A stretch of DNA of 39,237 bases from Lottia gigantea (Eukaryota): assembly GCF_000327385.1 (NCBI RefSeq), contig NW_008709540.1, positions 1 to 39,237 on the forward strand, written 5' to 3'. The first letter of the stretch is position 1; each line of letters begins with the position of its first letter. A model generated the notes under the pieces. That model made no database searches. It was not told the DNA's origin and was given only the letters and a program-made list of their open reading frames with translations. Positions 1 to 10,825 of this stretch are shown in pieces. Made by a program: the position numbers and the translations under genes.

Positions 1-375
1 TATTATTTCATTCTATATTATTTCATTCCATATTATTTCATTCCATATTATTTCATATAATTTCATTCTATATTATTTCATTCCATATTATTTCATATAA
101 TTTCATTCTATATTATTTCATATTATTTCATTCTATATTATTTCATTTCATATTATTTCATTCCATATTATTTCATTCTATATTATTTCATTTCATATTA
201 TTTCATATTATTTCATTTCATATTATTTCATTTCATATTATTTCATTTCATATAATTTCATTCTATATTATTTCATTCCATATTATTTCATTCCATATTA
301 TTTCATATATTTTCATTCTATATTATTTCATTTTATATCATTTCATATTATTTCATTTCATATATCATATCATTC
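1..375. repeat. Short-unit AT-rich satellite (about 10-15 bp units, TATTATTTCATTCCA variants); window starts inside it
   Basis: Direct reading: near-perfect tandem iterations of atattatttcatt(c/t)c from base 1 to about 375. Confidence 0.9.
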
Positions 376-2034
376 CCCTTTTTGTGGGTCCAAAACGTTT
401 TTGCTCAAATTTGTGAAAACTATAAATGTAGAGAAATGTGTCCCTTAACGTATCTGAGACTTGTAATTAAAAAAAAATGTTAACGCCAAAACTATTCAAA
501 AACGTAAGTTTACGTTAACTTTAAAAGTTGGTTATGCTGTTTGGAAGCTATTACAAAACTGCTGTACGGATTGGAGTAAAATAAACTCCTAGTTGTAGAG
601 AAATATGTCTCCTACTTATTCCTAAGATTTCAACTAAAAATATCAGGTCATAAAAAAGCCAAGCCAATGTTTCACAAAAAAATGGAATGTCCCTTCAAAT
701 CGTATTCCATATTTTTTCATTTCACAAGAACGAAGTAGAAATGTCATGGTGTTATTCTGTATAACCTATTAACATGTTTGATTAATTAACAGTGTAATTG
801 ATTAGGCCCTGGGTGTTTACAGTCTTTATTTTACCTCATGACGTATATAGATTGATATACACTCCCACTTACAGATATACAAACACGTGCACAAAAACTA
901 ACCTGTACTCAATATTCAAATACATACAAAATTATGAATACACTTTGAGGTATTGTCACCAGTTGCGTATGGTTGCAAATAATGAAAGTAATCAAGAGTA
1001 CAGTGGAAAGGGGGGTGGGGCGAGCACGGGCCAGTGGCGTTTTTAGAAAACATCAGATGATGGGGGGGGGGGGGAGGGGGACGGCGAGCAGGGGCCAGAA
1101 GATTTTCCAGGGCCGAGGTGTGAGGTTCGAGGTTTTGTATAATAAAACCACTTCCCGATTGACATGGAAAATCCCAAGCAGGCTTTTTTTTCAGGCAATT
1201 TATTAAAAATATTTCGAATTATAAGTTTAATCGTTTGGCAAGTAAATGTATATTTAGAACACTATATCCCTTTATTCTGTCCCAAGGCCATTCCTTGAGT
1301 CTTAATCCAGAAACTTTATTCAATGACAGCTTAACTCTGTTACTGGGTTTGTTATCTCGAAAGGGTATTGCCTACGTAAGTATAGGGTATGTTTTTCCCT
1401 GCCGGAACACCCGAAGCCAATGCGTTACTGGATCTATCAACTCGGTATCCCTTTTAGATGGTTTACATATATTGCGTTACTTTAATTTTGTATCATATTT
1501 TAGATACTTTATTGACGGTAAGTATTTTACTTGAAAAGAGCGACCTCTACATTAATTAAAAGGGATAATCTCAATAAAAATTGGTAATGTTTTTAAACTT
1601 AGAAATATCTTGAGGCCAAGTTCATCTTAAATTTAATCTATTTTAACTCACGATTTTGTGATTTTGTCGACCAATCCATCATTCTCTCTCATTTCAAACG
1701 CTCTGAGGATAAAAAATCAGAATTCAATCTTTCTCACAAGGTGTTGATAAGCGTGATTAAAGGTTCGTATATTTTATTGTGGTGTGATTCCTTAGTTTAA
1801 ATTCTTTAGGGATCGTATCAAAATGATGTTATTAACTATGTGACTCTCTGAAAGGGATATTGCTTTGACAAACCAAGATGGAAATAAACATTATGTACCA
1901 ATTACACTGACTGGGATATAGCCTAATAGCATTGGTTATCGGTCTCCGCCACCACGATTAGATAATTTAATGGATCTGTAGATGTTGTGATAAGAATACT
2001 GGTTTTGGTGGGCACATGTCAATTTTATATGAAA

Positions 2035-3370
2035 TGTGATATGAATAATAGTTTGATTGGTATATATCTGTTTTCTTCTTGTGATATGAATAATAATTTT
2101 CATAGGTGTATATCTGTTTTCTTCTTGTGATATGAATAAAAGTTTTGATAGGTATGTGTCAGTTTTCTCCTTGTGATATGAATAAAAGTTTTGATAGGTA
2201 TGTGTCAGTTTTCTCCTTGTGATATGAATAAAAGTTTTGATAGGTGTATATCTGTTTTCTCCTTGTGATATGAATAAAAGTTTTGATAGGTATATATCTG
2301 TTTTCTCCTTGTGATACGAATAAAAGTTTTGATAGGTATATATCTGCTTTCTCCTTGTGATATGAATAATAGTTTTGATAGGTATATACCTGTTTTCTCC
2401 TTGTGATATTAATAAAAGTTTTGATAGGTATATATCTGTTTTCTCCTTGTGATATGAATAAAAGTTTTGATAGGTATATAACTGTTTTCTCCTTGTGATA
2501 TGAATAAAAGTTTTGATAGGTATATATCAGTTTTCTCCTTGTGATATGAATAATAGTTTTGATTGGTGTATATCTGTTTTATCCTTGTGATATGAATACT
2601 AGTTTTGATAGGTATATGTCAGTTTTCTCCTTGTGATATGAATAATAGTTTTGATAGGTATATGTCGGTTTTCTCCTTGTGATATGAATAACAGTTTTGA
2701 TAGGTATATAACTGTTTTCTCCTTGTGATATGAATAATAGTTTTGATAGGTATATGTCGGTTTTCTCCTTGTGATATGAATAATAGTTTTGATAGGTATA
2801 TGTCAGTTTTCTCCTTGTGAATATGAATAAAAGTTTTGATAGGTATATATCAGTTTTCTCCTTGTGATATGAATAATAGTTTTGATAGGTATATGTCAGT
2901 TTTCTCCTTGTGAATATGAATAAAAGTTTTGATAGGTATATAACTGTTTTCTCCTTGTGATATGAATAATAGTTTTGATAGGTATATGTCAGTTTTCTCC
3001 TTGTGAATATGAATAAAAGTTTTGATAGGTATATGTCAGTTTTCTCCTTGTGATATGAATAATAGTTTTGATAGGTATATGTCAGTTTTCTCCTTGTGAT
3101 ATGAATAACAGTTTTGATAGGTATATATCTGTTTTCTCCTTGTGATATGAATAATAATTTTGATAGGTATATAACTGTTTTCACCTTGTGATATGAATAA
3201 TAATTTTGATAGGTATATAACTGTTTTCTCCTTGTGATATGAATAATAGTTTTGATAGGTATATGTCAGTTTTCTCCTTGTGAATATGAATAAAGTTTTG
3301 ATAGTGTATATCTGTTTTCTCCTTGTGATATGAATAACAGTTTTGATAGGTATATAACTGTTTTCACCTG
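2035..3370. repeat. Minisatellite, about 59-60 bp unit x about 22 (ttgtgatatgaataatagttttgataggtatatgtcagttttctcc)
   Basis: Tandem period about 60 bp visible by eye. ORF 2579-3184(-) is a repeat artifact (protein is itself perfectly periodic). Confidence 0.9.
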
Positions 3371-3537
3371 GTCAATTGAAGAGTAGTTGTGACAGGCATT
3401 TGTTTCTTATTGAGATTTTGAATGATTTGTCAAAATGGCTTCATAAGACACCAATTGCCGACATTTTCAAAATAATCATTGCCAAATTTTTAGACCTTTC
3501 GCCTCTTTTTTTGTAGAACAACACCCGACAAGCAGTC

Positions 3538-4439
3538 ATGATGGCGATAACTTTAATAACTATATTATGTCTGATTGCCGGCACAGATGCACAAATTATG
3601 CCGGGAATGGGAATGCCCGGAATGCAAATGGGAATGCCTGGAATGCAAATGGGAATGCCCGGAATGCCGCCAAATAGAATGACTGGAATGCCCAATGGAA
3701 TGCCCAATGGAATGCCAAATGGAATGCCAAATGGAATGCCAAATGGAATGTCAAATGGAATGCCCAATGGAATGCCGAATGCAATAGAATACCGGGAATG
3801 TCAAATGGAATGCCAAATGGGATGCCAAATGGGATGCCAAATGGAATGCCAGGTATGCCAAATGGAATGCCTGGTATGCCAAATGGAATGACAGGTATGC
3901 CAAATGGAATGCCAGGTATGTCAATTGGAATGCCAGGAATGCCAAACGGAATGCCAGGTATGCCAAATGGAATGCCAGGAATGCAACTTGGTATGCAAAA
4001 TAGAATGTTCGGATCATCCGGGGGAATGCCTGGAGGAATTCCAAGATTTCCAGGTGGATTTCCCGGATTATCAGGGGGTATGCCAGGATTATCAGGGGGT
4101 ATGCCAGGATTATCAGGGGGTATGCCTTTTGGATTTCCTGGATTGAGGAGTGGAATTCCCGGTGGTTTCCCCGGAATGAACATGATAAATAACCCTATGT
4201 TACAGGCCAGATTACAATTGATGAATAATGGTCAACCAAATCAGCAGTCATCCTCTGATAATGCCAACAATAGCGGGTCTTCAAACAATGATTCCAATAA
4301 TAGGAACGCTAATATCAATCCGTTTGCTAACATTGGTATGAGTATGTTCAACAGGCAATCTCCTTTCGCTATGCTGGGAGGAAGATCGCCATTTGGAGGA
4401 TCACCATTTGGAGGACGATTCCCATTCACAATGGGCTAA
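3538..4439 (+). CDS. Secreted Met/Pro/Gly-rich low-complexity repeat protein (signal peptide [19 protein letters not shown]; MPGM/MPNG repeats; non-repetitive N/S/Q-rich C-terminal tail); reading frame interrupted near 3781-3797
   Basis: ORF 3538-3891 starts with a hydrophobic signal peptide followed by MPGM/MPNGM repeats. The same repeats continue in ORF 3798-4439 in another frame, which ends in a 90-aa non-repetitive tail. The aberrant 16-17 nt segment gcaatagaataccggg at about 3781-3797 breaks the repeat and the frame. It is a paralog of the 16637 gene by signal peptide and composition. Confidence 0.6.
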
Positions 4440-6539
4440 ATCAAACACATCCACCAACTAGACAGAAACCTGGGTCCTTTGTTCCTTTTTTACGAAATTT
4501 AACTCACAATGATTGTACTGTTTCGATCATCTGATTTGATTGTGGAATAAGTTCATTTAATCAGCTTAATCTTAAATCTGGAATTCATATAATGTTATTT
4601 TTGTGACAACTGTCCCTAAATATATATAATAGAAGGACTTTTAAATGGACTTTTACTTTTTTCGGAATAATCTCAGAAATATGTTATGCAAACTTTAGAC
4701 TTTTGTTACTATCAAATTATACACTTCATGTTCGTGTAGGAAAAAATTTGTTGTATTTTAAACACGGTTTAATGTAATATGTAAATTATTGATTAAAATG
4801 TGTTCTATCATATGGTTTGTTTTATATATTTAGTAGGGATTTCTGAAAAGTGCTTAGCTTAAGTGAGATATCTCAATGGAATTGAAACAAACTTGTGCCG
4901 CCAACAAGTTCAATCATTTAATCAATCATATATACAGGGTTCAATTTAAGCGGTATCGCAGTGCAGTTTGCGAGTCAAAATGACCCATTTTCCGATACCC
5001 CTATGATTAGCCAAAAGTAAAATTCCTCACAACAATCTGTCAATCAGACATCGAAGATGTGAATTACCACTGGGAAATTGTTCAAACCTGAAAGGTGATT
5101 ATGTAGAGATATAAATTATAACTATCGACTATCGGTACGGGTCATTTATTGTTGACCATTAATTTCAAAGTAACTATTGGTTCTAGAAAACTTTATTTAG
5201 CTGCCTGAAATACAACATAACGCAACCGTCACCAACGACGAAATAGTAAGGGGCGCCCAATTGTCAGCAAAACTCCGCAATTGGCACAGCAGCGCCCTCT
5301 CTTATTTCGATTTTAGATATTTAAAATGTTATAAAAACAGTGTTGAATCATATTTTTCTTTCCCGTCATTAAAGGTGAACATTTCGCAGTTGTGATAACA
5401 TCCATTTTTCATTCCTGTACTTTTATTCTTGAAAATTGTATTGGCGGTCTGTATTTAACTAAATACCGTATTTGGGAACTACATTTTGTAAGTTATGATT
5501 TTGTTTTTGTTGTAGTATATCCAGGAATATTAACAGCCTTGTTATTATTACCAATGTGAATGCCATTGTAAACTTGCACATTTTGAATTTCGTTTCTAGA
5601 AGGTTACCAGAAGCTGTATGTTAGAAAGTCGTAGATTTTCGTCATTTTAATATTCACATCCGATAAATTTAGAGAAATCTTCAGAATTTGATTACAACAG
5701 AACATCTATGGCCAAAGCTTGAAGCTGTCTGTGTGAATAATGATTTTGATTTTGGTACGCTGTGCAGCAGAAATTTTGAATTTTGAAGAAGCATTTCTAA
5801 AGGTAAAGTAAAAGTTTGGCCAACATCTTGATACAGAATGATGAAGTTGAAAGTATTGAAATCGATGACGACCCTGAACACACAGACATGCCAACTAGTA
5901 ACCAGGAATCTCTTCGACAGCTGAACGCACCTTTTCTGTCCTGAAACGAGTCAAATGTCGAATACTTCCTATTGGCTAGATTTTTATTGCGTTTATGGAG
6001 ATGTTTTGTCGCTTGTCTAAGGTCATTCTCGATTCCTTGTCGATCTCAATGGCGAATACTGGCGAGAATGGCACCAACCGTACGATATCTGACGCTCGCT
6101 TCACGCTTATACCAGAGCTATGTGGCTCTGGCTTATACCACGCCTGGGGAATGGCGACCTTAACACGCTCTTAGCTAATTTTTAAGGTCGCATAACGAAG
6201 TCAGAACTGTCAAAAACACAGAATTCAGCGATATTCCGGTTCTATGTTCTTATTAAGAATTAATTTATCTTCGTTACAATAAAAGTATAAGTTAGAAGTT
6301 GTTTTTCGAGTTTTGCATTATTGACAACATGTGTTTAAATGTTTTATTAACACCGCACTGTACAAAACAATTTCTGATCCTCCAGCCAATTTGGAGCCAC
6401 CACGCCACTGGTGGGCTTTGAGGTGTCATGGGTTCGACATCAGGACAGAAAACATGCATGTAATCAAACAGAGAGGTCTCTAATATACATTGGACTACAT
6501 TACTGTAGAATTTGTTTGTGGTCTGAGTCTATATTCAAC

Positions 6540-7060
6540 GAATCAACAGATACTGGAAAGTGAAAGTAGATTTCTAAGAAAAGATGTAAGTTATATTTTT
6601 AACTGTCACTGTACAAGGAGAAAAGGAAACGTTGAAATAGAATAAGCTGCTGCTATCACCGAAGATATATATTCGGATTCTGCGAGGTTAAAATATAGGA
6701 CAACCTAAAGACTGGTTAATCTAGGTGTAAGATATGAATAGACTGCAATCAAAGTGTAGAGATATTATTCAGTGAATGAGGAAGTAAAGCTGTAATATAT
6801 TTCTTGGTCGAACTACAATTAGGATACTAAGACATTCTGTGTTAAATTAATATTATAGACTATATTATAGTGACTAATTTATTACTAGTGAATTAAACTA
6901 ACTATAGCGACAAAAAAAAATAGAAACAGAAAGTAAAAGTAGGATTCTAAGACGTCATACTTGATAATTAAGTCAACTTAAGGTTTTAAAGATTAAAATG
7001 AAACTAGGATTTTAATACATCGAGTGACGAAACTGAAAGTAGACTTGAGTTTGACCAAAA
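6540..7060 (+). promoter_or_regulatory. Cluster of GAAAGTGAAAGT-type (ISRE/IRF-E-like) motif repeats upstream of the TRIM-like pseudogene
   Basis: ggaaagtgaaagtagatttctaag (about 6553), gaaacagaaagtaaaagtaggattctaagac (about 6921), gaaactaggatttt / gaaactgaaagtagacttgag (about 7001-7052). A related gaaactgaaagtag lies upstream of the intact minus-strand copy (about 12462-12485, reverse complement). Confidence 0.4.
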
Positions 7061-7112
7061 TTAACCTGCTTGGTGTGATAAAGACTATTCCTGATTTTAA
7101 ACTAAAATTATC

Positions 7113-8750
7113 ATGGAAAAACTAGATAAAACATGTAGTATTTGTTTACATGATCGTAAACAACCTAAAATATTGACATGTTTACATGTTTATTGTTGTC
7201 AATGTTTACTTGATTACGTCAACAAATCTCTCAAAGACGGACAATTTCCGTGTCCTCTATCTCGTGAACAAATTCAACTTCCTTCTGGTGGAGTCAGGAA
7301 TTTCAGGATTTTCCTGAAGGTGATGGAAGTGATGACGAAATAGATACAGAAACTGATGACGTGTCAAATATGAATGACGTAGCATCTCCAGCAGCAGAAT
7401 TAGGTCTCTGTGGCGTATGTGAAAGTCAAACTAGTGTAAAATATCGATGTAAAGATTGTAAACAGAGTATTTGTGAGAACTGTAAGATAGGTCATCGCAA
7501 AATTCCTGTCACTAAAAATCACGTGATTATTGATTTTGTTGATGGAATTGAAGAAGAAATTTGGGAACCCAGTAACCATGGCAACCAGAGTCCTGTAGAC
7601 CCGTGTCCTGTACATACATATAAAAACTGATTGAAATTTATTGTGTGGAATGTAAAACCTGTGTTTGTTTACAATGTTATGTTGATGAGAGTAATAGAGG
7701 TGTTCACAATGGACACCGGATATTGAATTTAGACAATAAAGATACCCAAACCAAGTTACGAGATAATTTAAAATGTTTAAATACTAATTTACAGGCTCAG
7801 ATCGACCGTTTACAGACATTTTCAGATCACCTGACATCTAAACTAAACCGAGTGAGATTGATATTTGTAGTGAGGAAGCGTGTAACAAGGTGGATCAACA
7901 AGTCCAGCTCATTTCTAAATTGGTCCAATCTCGAGCTGAACAAATTAAAACTCAAATCAACAATACTCGACACGAGGAAAGAAACAAGTTGGAAATTTTG
8001 AGAAAAGAAATGGAAATATCCATCACTGAACTAAAATCAGCCATTAAAGATTCTCTGATTACCCTAGAAGGAGAGTCGGTTGTTAAAATTGTAGAAAGAA
8101 ATGAGAGAAATAGAAATGATGAAATGAAAGTTAAACAGAAAGATTTGGTCGTTCCTGATTTACAATTTCCGAGTTTTCTTATTGGAAGTGACGTCAGAGA
8201 TGAGGTCGGGAGATTGGTTGGCGAATGCAAAAATTTCAAACAACCAAATTTTACACTGGAATATAACATAAATACAATTTCTTGTAGCTTTGTAAAAAGG
8301 TATTTTAATTTTGGTGAATTTAAATGGTATGTGAAGGTACGCTGTAATAATGATGTTGAAACTCTGGTGTGGTGTCTATCTTTGTTTATCTGAGACAAGT
8401 GTCAATGAGACAAGAGACAATGAGACAATGAGACAAGCGACAATGAGACAAGCGACAATGAGACAAGCGACAATGAGACAAGTGTCAATGAGACAAGAGA
8501 CAATGAGACAAGCGACAATGAGACAAGAGACAAGAAGAAAGTAAAAGTTATATCTGGTTTTACTATTCTAAATAAAGTCGCAGGAGAATCTCGATCTCGA
8601 CTTCCATCCTCTGATGAGTTTGAAGCAGGTGGTCCTGGGTATGGCTATAACAATTTTATTAATCTCAAAGAATTAAAAAATCCCGAAAATGGTTTTGTGG
8701 ACAAAGATGGTCATTTTTCTATCAGAATTTTAATACAACAACCCTAAGGA
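7113..8750 (+). pseudogene. Pseudogene copy of the RING/B-box/coiled-coil/MATH (TRIM37-like) gene: at least 4 frameshifts, RING Cys to Ser (PLSRE vs PLCRV), minisatellite inserted in the MATH region
   Basis: ORF fragments 7113-7343, 7361-7630, 7645-8001 and 7890-8393, plus a MATH tail through 8750 (…GYGYNNFINLKELKNPENGFVDKDGHFSIRILIQQP*). They align collinearly with the 509-aa intact ORF at 10826-12355(-) but in shifting frames. The upstream 30 bp (tattcctgattttaaactaaaatt) is also shared. Confidence 0.8.
8391..8540. repeat. 15-bp minisatellite (caatgagacaagcga) x about 10 inserted within the pseudogene MATH-domain region
   Basis: Direct reading of tandem gacaatgagacaagc units. The intact paralog has unique coding sequence (ADCKDDGRLSMYMFLIKSKTEKEM) at this position. 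Confidence 0.85.
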
Positions 8751-9404
8751 CTTACTTTAATAAATATGCCAATTTGATATTAATAAGAATTTGGTATAAA
8801 TTTAATAGTAGAATCTATTTTTACTTTTCAACATGCGCGACTTTCTACATGATTGTTGAAACAATGACGTCAATACATAACATTGTCATTGATTAGAATT
8901 TCTCTGCCTAATGTTTTAGTGATCAGGCAATGGTGTTTATTATGATATAAAAGTCACACACGAATTTGAATTAGCACAAAGGAAAAAATGATAGCTAATG
9001 TGAATATTTGTTATTGTTAGACATTGTTGTCGTGTCCTAAACCAAGTTCTGATATCCCATCCGAATATCACGTCCATTTTAAGATAGTTGTGATAGTATA
9101 GCTTCAGAATGACCTTTAACACCAATATATATTTAGATATTTGTAATTGTAACGTTAATTTTGATTGGTTGTAGATATTTTTTGTTATTTTATTAATTAA
9201 TTCTTACCAGATTTTAATTGTGTTTTAACCAGTAACAAAGAATGTCGAAATGTATTAAGTTAATATCTCATTCTAAAACAGAATTTGTTGGAAAGGATTA
9301 AATGTGATAGAAATAATTTACAGATTTCGAGAATTTACTTTTTGGTAAAATAACTTATTTTATGTCGACCTACTTAGGTTAGTGGAGGAATATTAATAGG
9401 AGCT

Positions 9405-9745
9405 AACTGGTTGTTAAAGAGATACTATCTCTTAGAATGAATATAAAATTCAACTTCTCAAATCTGGTCAATAAGAGTATATTTTCATCTTTAAACCTAC
9501 CTAGTGTCATAACTAATCAACAGAATACCTGTATAATCTAATAAATTCATAAAACGAAGAAATTGGCCTTAAAACTACGGTATTATTGAAAAACGACTAT
9601 TACGTTGTTTTATGGATTTATCTGATTCTGTTGTATATGTATGACACCAGGTAAGTCCACTGATGAATATATACTCTAATTGAATAAGTTTGAGAAGTAC
9701 ATTCTACTTTAATCATGCCCGAATCCTCAATCCGAATGACAAATA
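9405..9745 (+). mobile_element. MITE-like dispersed repeat, family 2, degenerate copy
   Basis: About 75% identity by eye to 28592-28960 (cttagaatgaatataaaattc…gtgtcataa…ttcataaaac…tatgacaccaggta…ctgatgaatatat). Confidence 0.5.
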
Positions 9746-10430
9746 ATAATGAGCCAAATTTTAATCCAGCAACTGATTGTCATTGAACTTAACACTTTAT
9801 ATCTTCAGTTTCCCTAATCTTGTCCTAGGTTTAATCTAGGGTGGCGTCGAGAAGATATCTGCTTATTTTCAAATATGTTATGTGTCTGTGATGTAGGTCT
9901 CAAATGCTGGCAAAATCGACTAGACGTTGGGAAAAACTGTAGGCCGTTTACTAGATGTTAGAGCTCATTTTCAGTTGTGCATAGTAGGCCTACTCAATGT
10001 ATAATTCCCCTGCAATTCAACAAAAAAGTAACATGACGTCACTTCCAGGTCATTTTTACGATTGAATAGCAGTTCTTATATGACGTCATGACTACCTAAA
10101 TATGTTTAGTACGTCAAGGAAGTGACACGGTACGTATTTTTTAACAATTACTGGCTAAATCGACGTTCAATTTTAATTCTGAAGGACTTATTTTGAGCTC
10201 CGTCAACAAGAGAATATTAAAACGACTTTATCCTTTTCATACTTGATAAAGACAAGAGTATTATTTCTGAAACGTCGTAACGTAATTATTTCACTGAAGT
10301 TATCCAGAATATATATCTATTATATATAAAATAATATTACAAAATGATATGAAATACAATTTTTATTCTATATAATGATCGAACAAATTAAACAATATAA
10401 ACATACGGTAGGGTCATTGGGATATAAATG

Positions 10431-10810
10431 AGGTGGAGAGGAGAGAGGGTTGAGAGGAGAGAGTGAGGGTGGAGAGGAGAAGGAAAGAAACAAGAGGAAG
10501 TGAGGGGGAGGGGAGATAAGAAGAGGGATAGGAACAATGAAGGGGGGAGAGGAGAGAGAGGGGCGTGAAAGGGGGGGAGGGGAAGTGGAAGGAGAGGAAG
10601 AAGGGGAAGGGGGGGGAGAGGAAGAGGGGGAAGGAGAAGAGGGGAAGGGAAAGGAGAGGAAGAAGGGGGGGGGGAGAAGAGAGAGAAAAGGAAGAGAGGG
10701 TGGGGAGAAGGGGTGTAGGAGAAAGAGAAAGGGGGGAAGGAGATGGGAGAAGGGTAGAAGAGAGATTGGTGAAGAAAGATAAGAGAGAGGAAAAAGGGGG
10801 GCAGGGTGGG
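10431..10810. repeat. About 380-bp polypurine (GA/GGA) tract, polypyrimidine on the minus strand; abuts the stop codon of the intact TRIM-like gene
   Basis: Almost pure G/A composition (ggagaggagag…gggggagaggaagagggggaagg…). Overlapping ORFs 10368-10866(-) and 10537-10843(+) are composition artifacts. Confidence 0.9.
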
Positions 10811-10825
10811 TCACTCAGGCTTCCC

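Noticed and set aside
798-1534. ORFs 798-1046, 973-1206 and 1235-1534
   Set aside because: Short. They overlap a G-rich low-complexity block or AT-rich unique DNA and have no supporting features.
2579-3184. 201-aa ORF on the minus strand
   Set aside because: Lies entirely within the 60-bp minisatellite. The translated protein is perfectly periodic, with no start context or signal.
3441-4183. Antisense and alternative-frame ORFs (3441-3767-, 3596-4183-, 3751-4044-, 3904-4146+) across the Met-rich gene
   Set aside because: All frames of the MPNGM-type repeat are open on both strands. Only the sense frame carries a signal peptide and a non-repetitive tail.
5880-6175. Locally GC-richer island with CCAAT (attggctag), a ccagagc…gctctgg palindrome and a gctcgcttc U6-like 9-mer; ORF 5972-6163
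   Set aside because: The ORF is short with no homology signal. Similarity to U6 snRNA is limited to 9 nt and the rest diverges completely. No convincing ncRNA or gene model.
6405-6450. gggttcgacatc resembling a tRNA T-arm
   Set aside because: No acceptor-stem, D-loop or anticodon arrangement around it. Lacks the GTTCGANTCC consensus.
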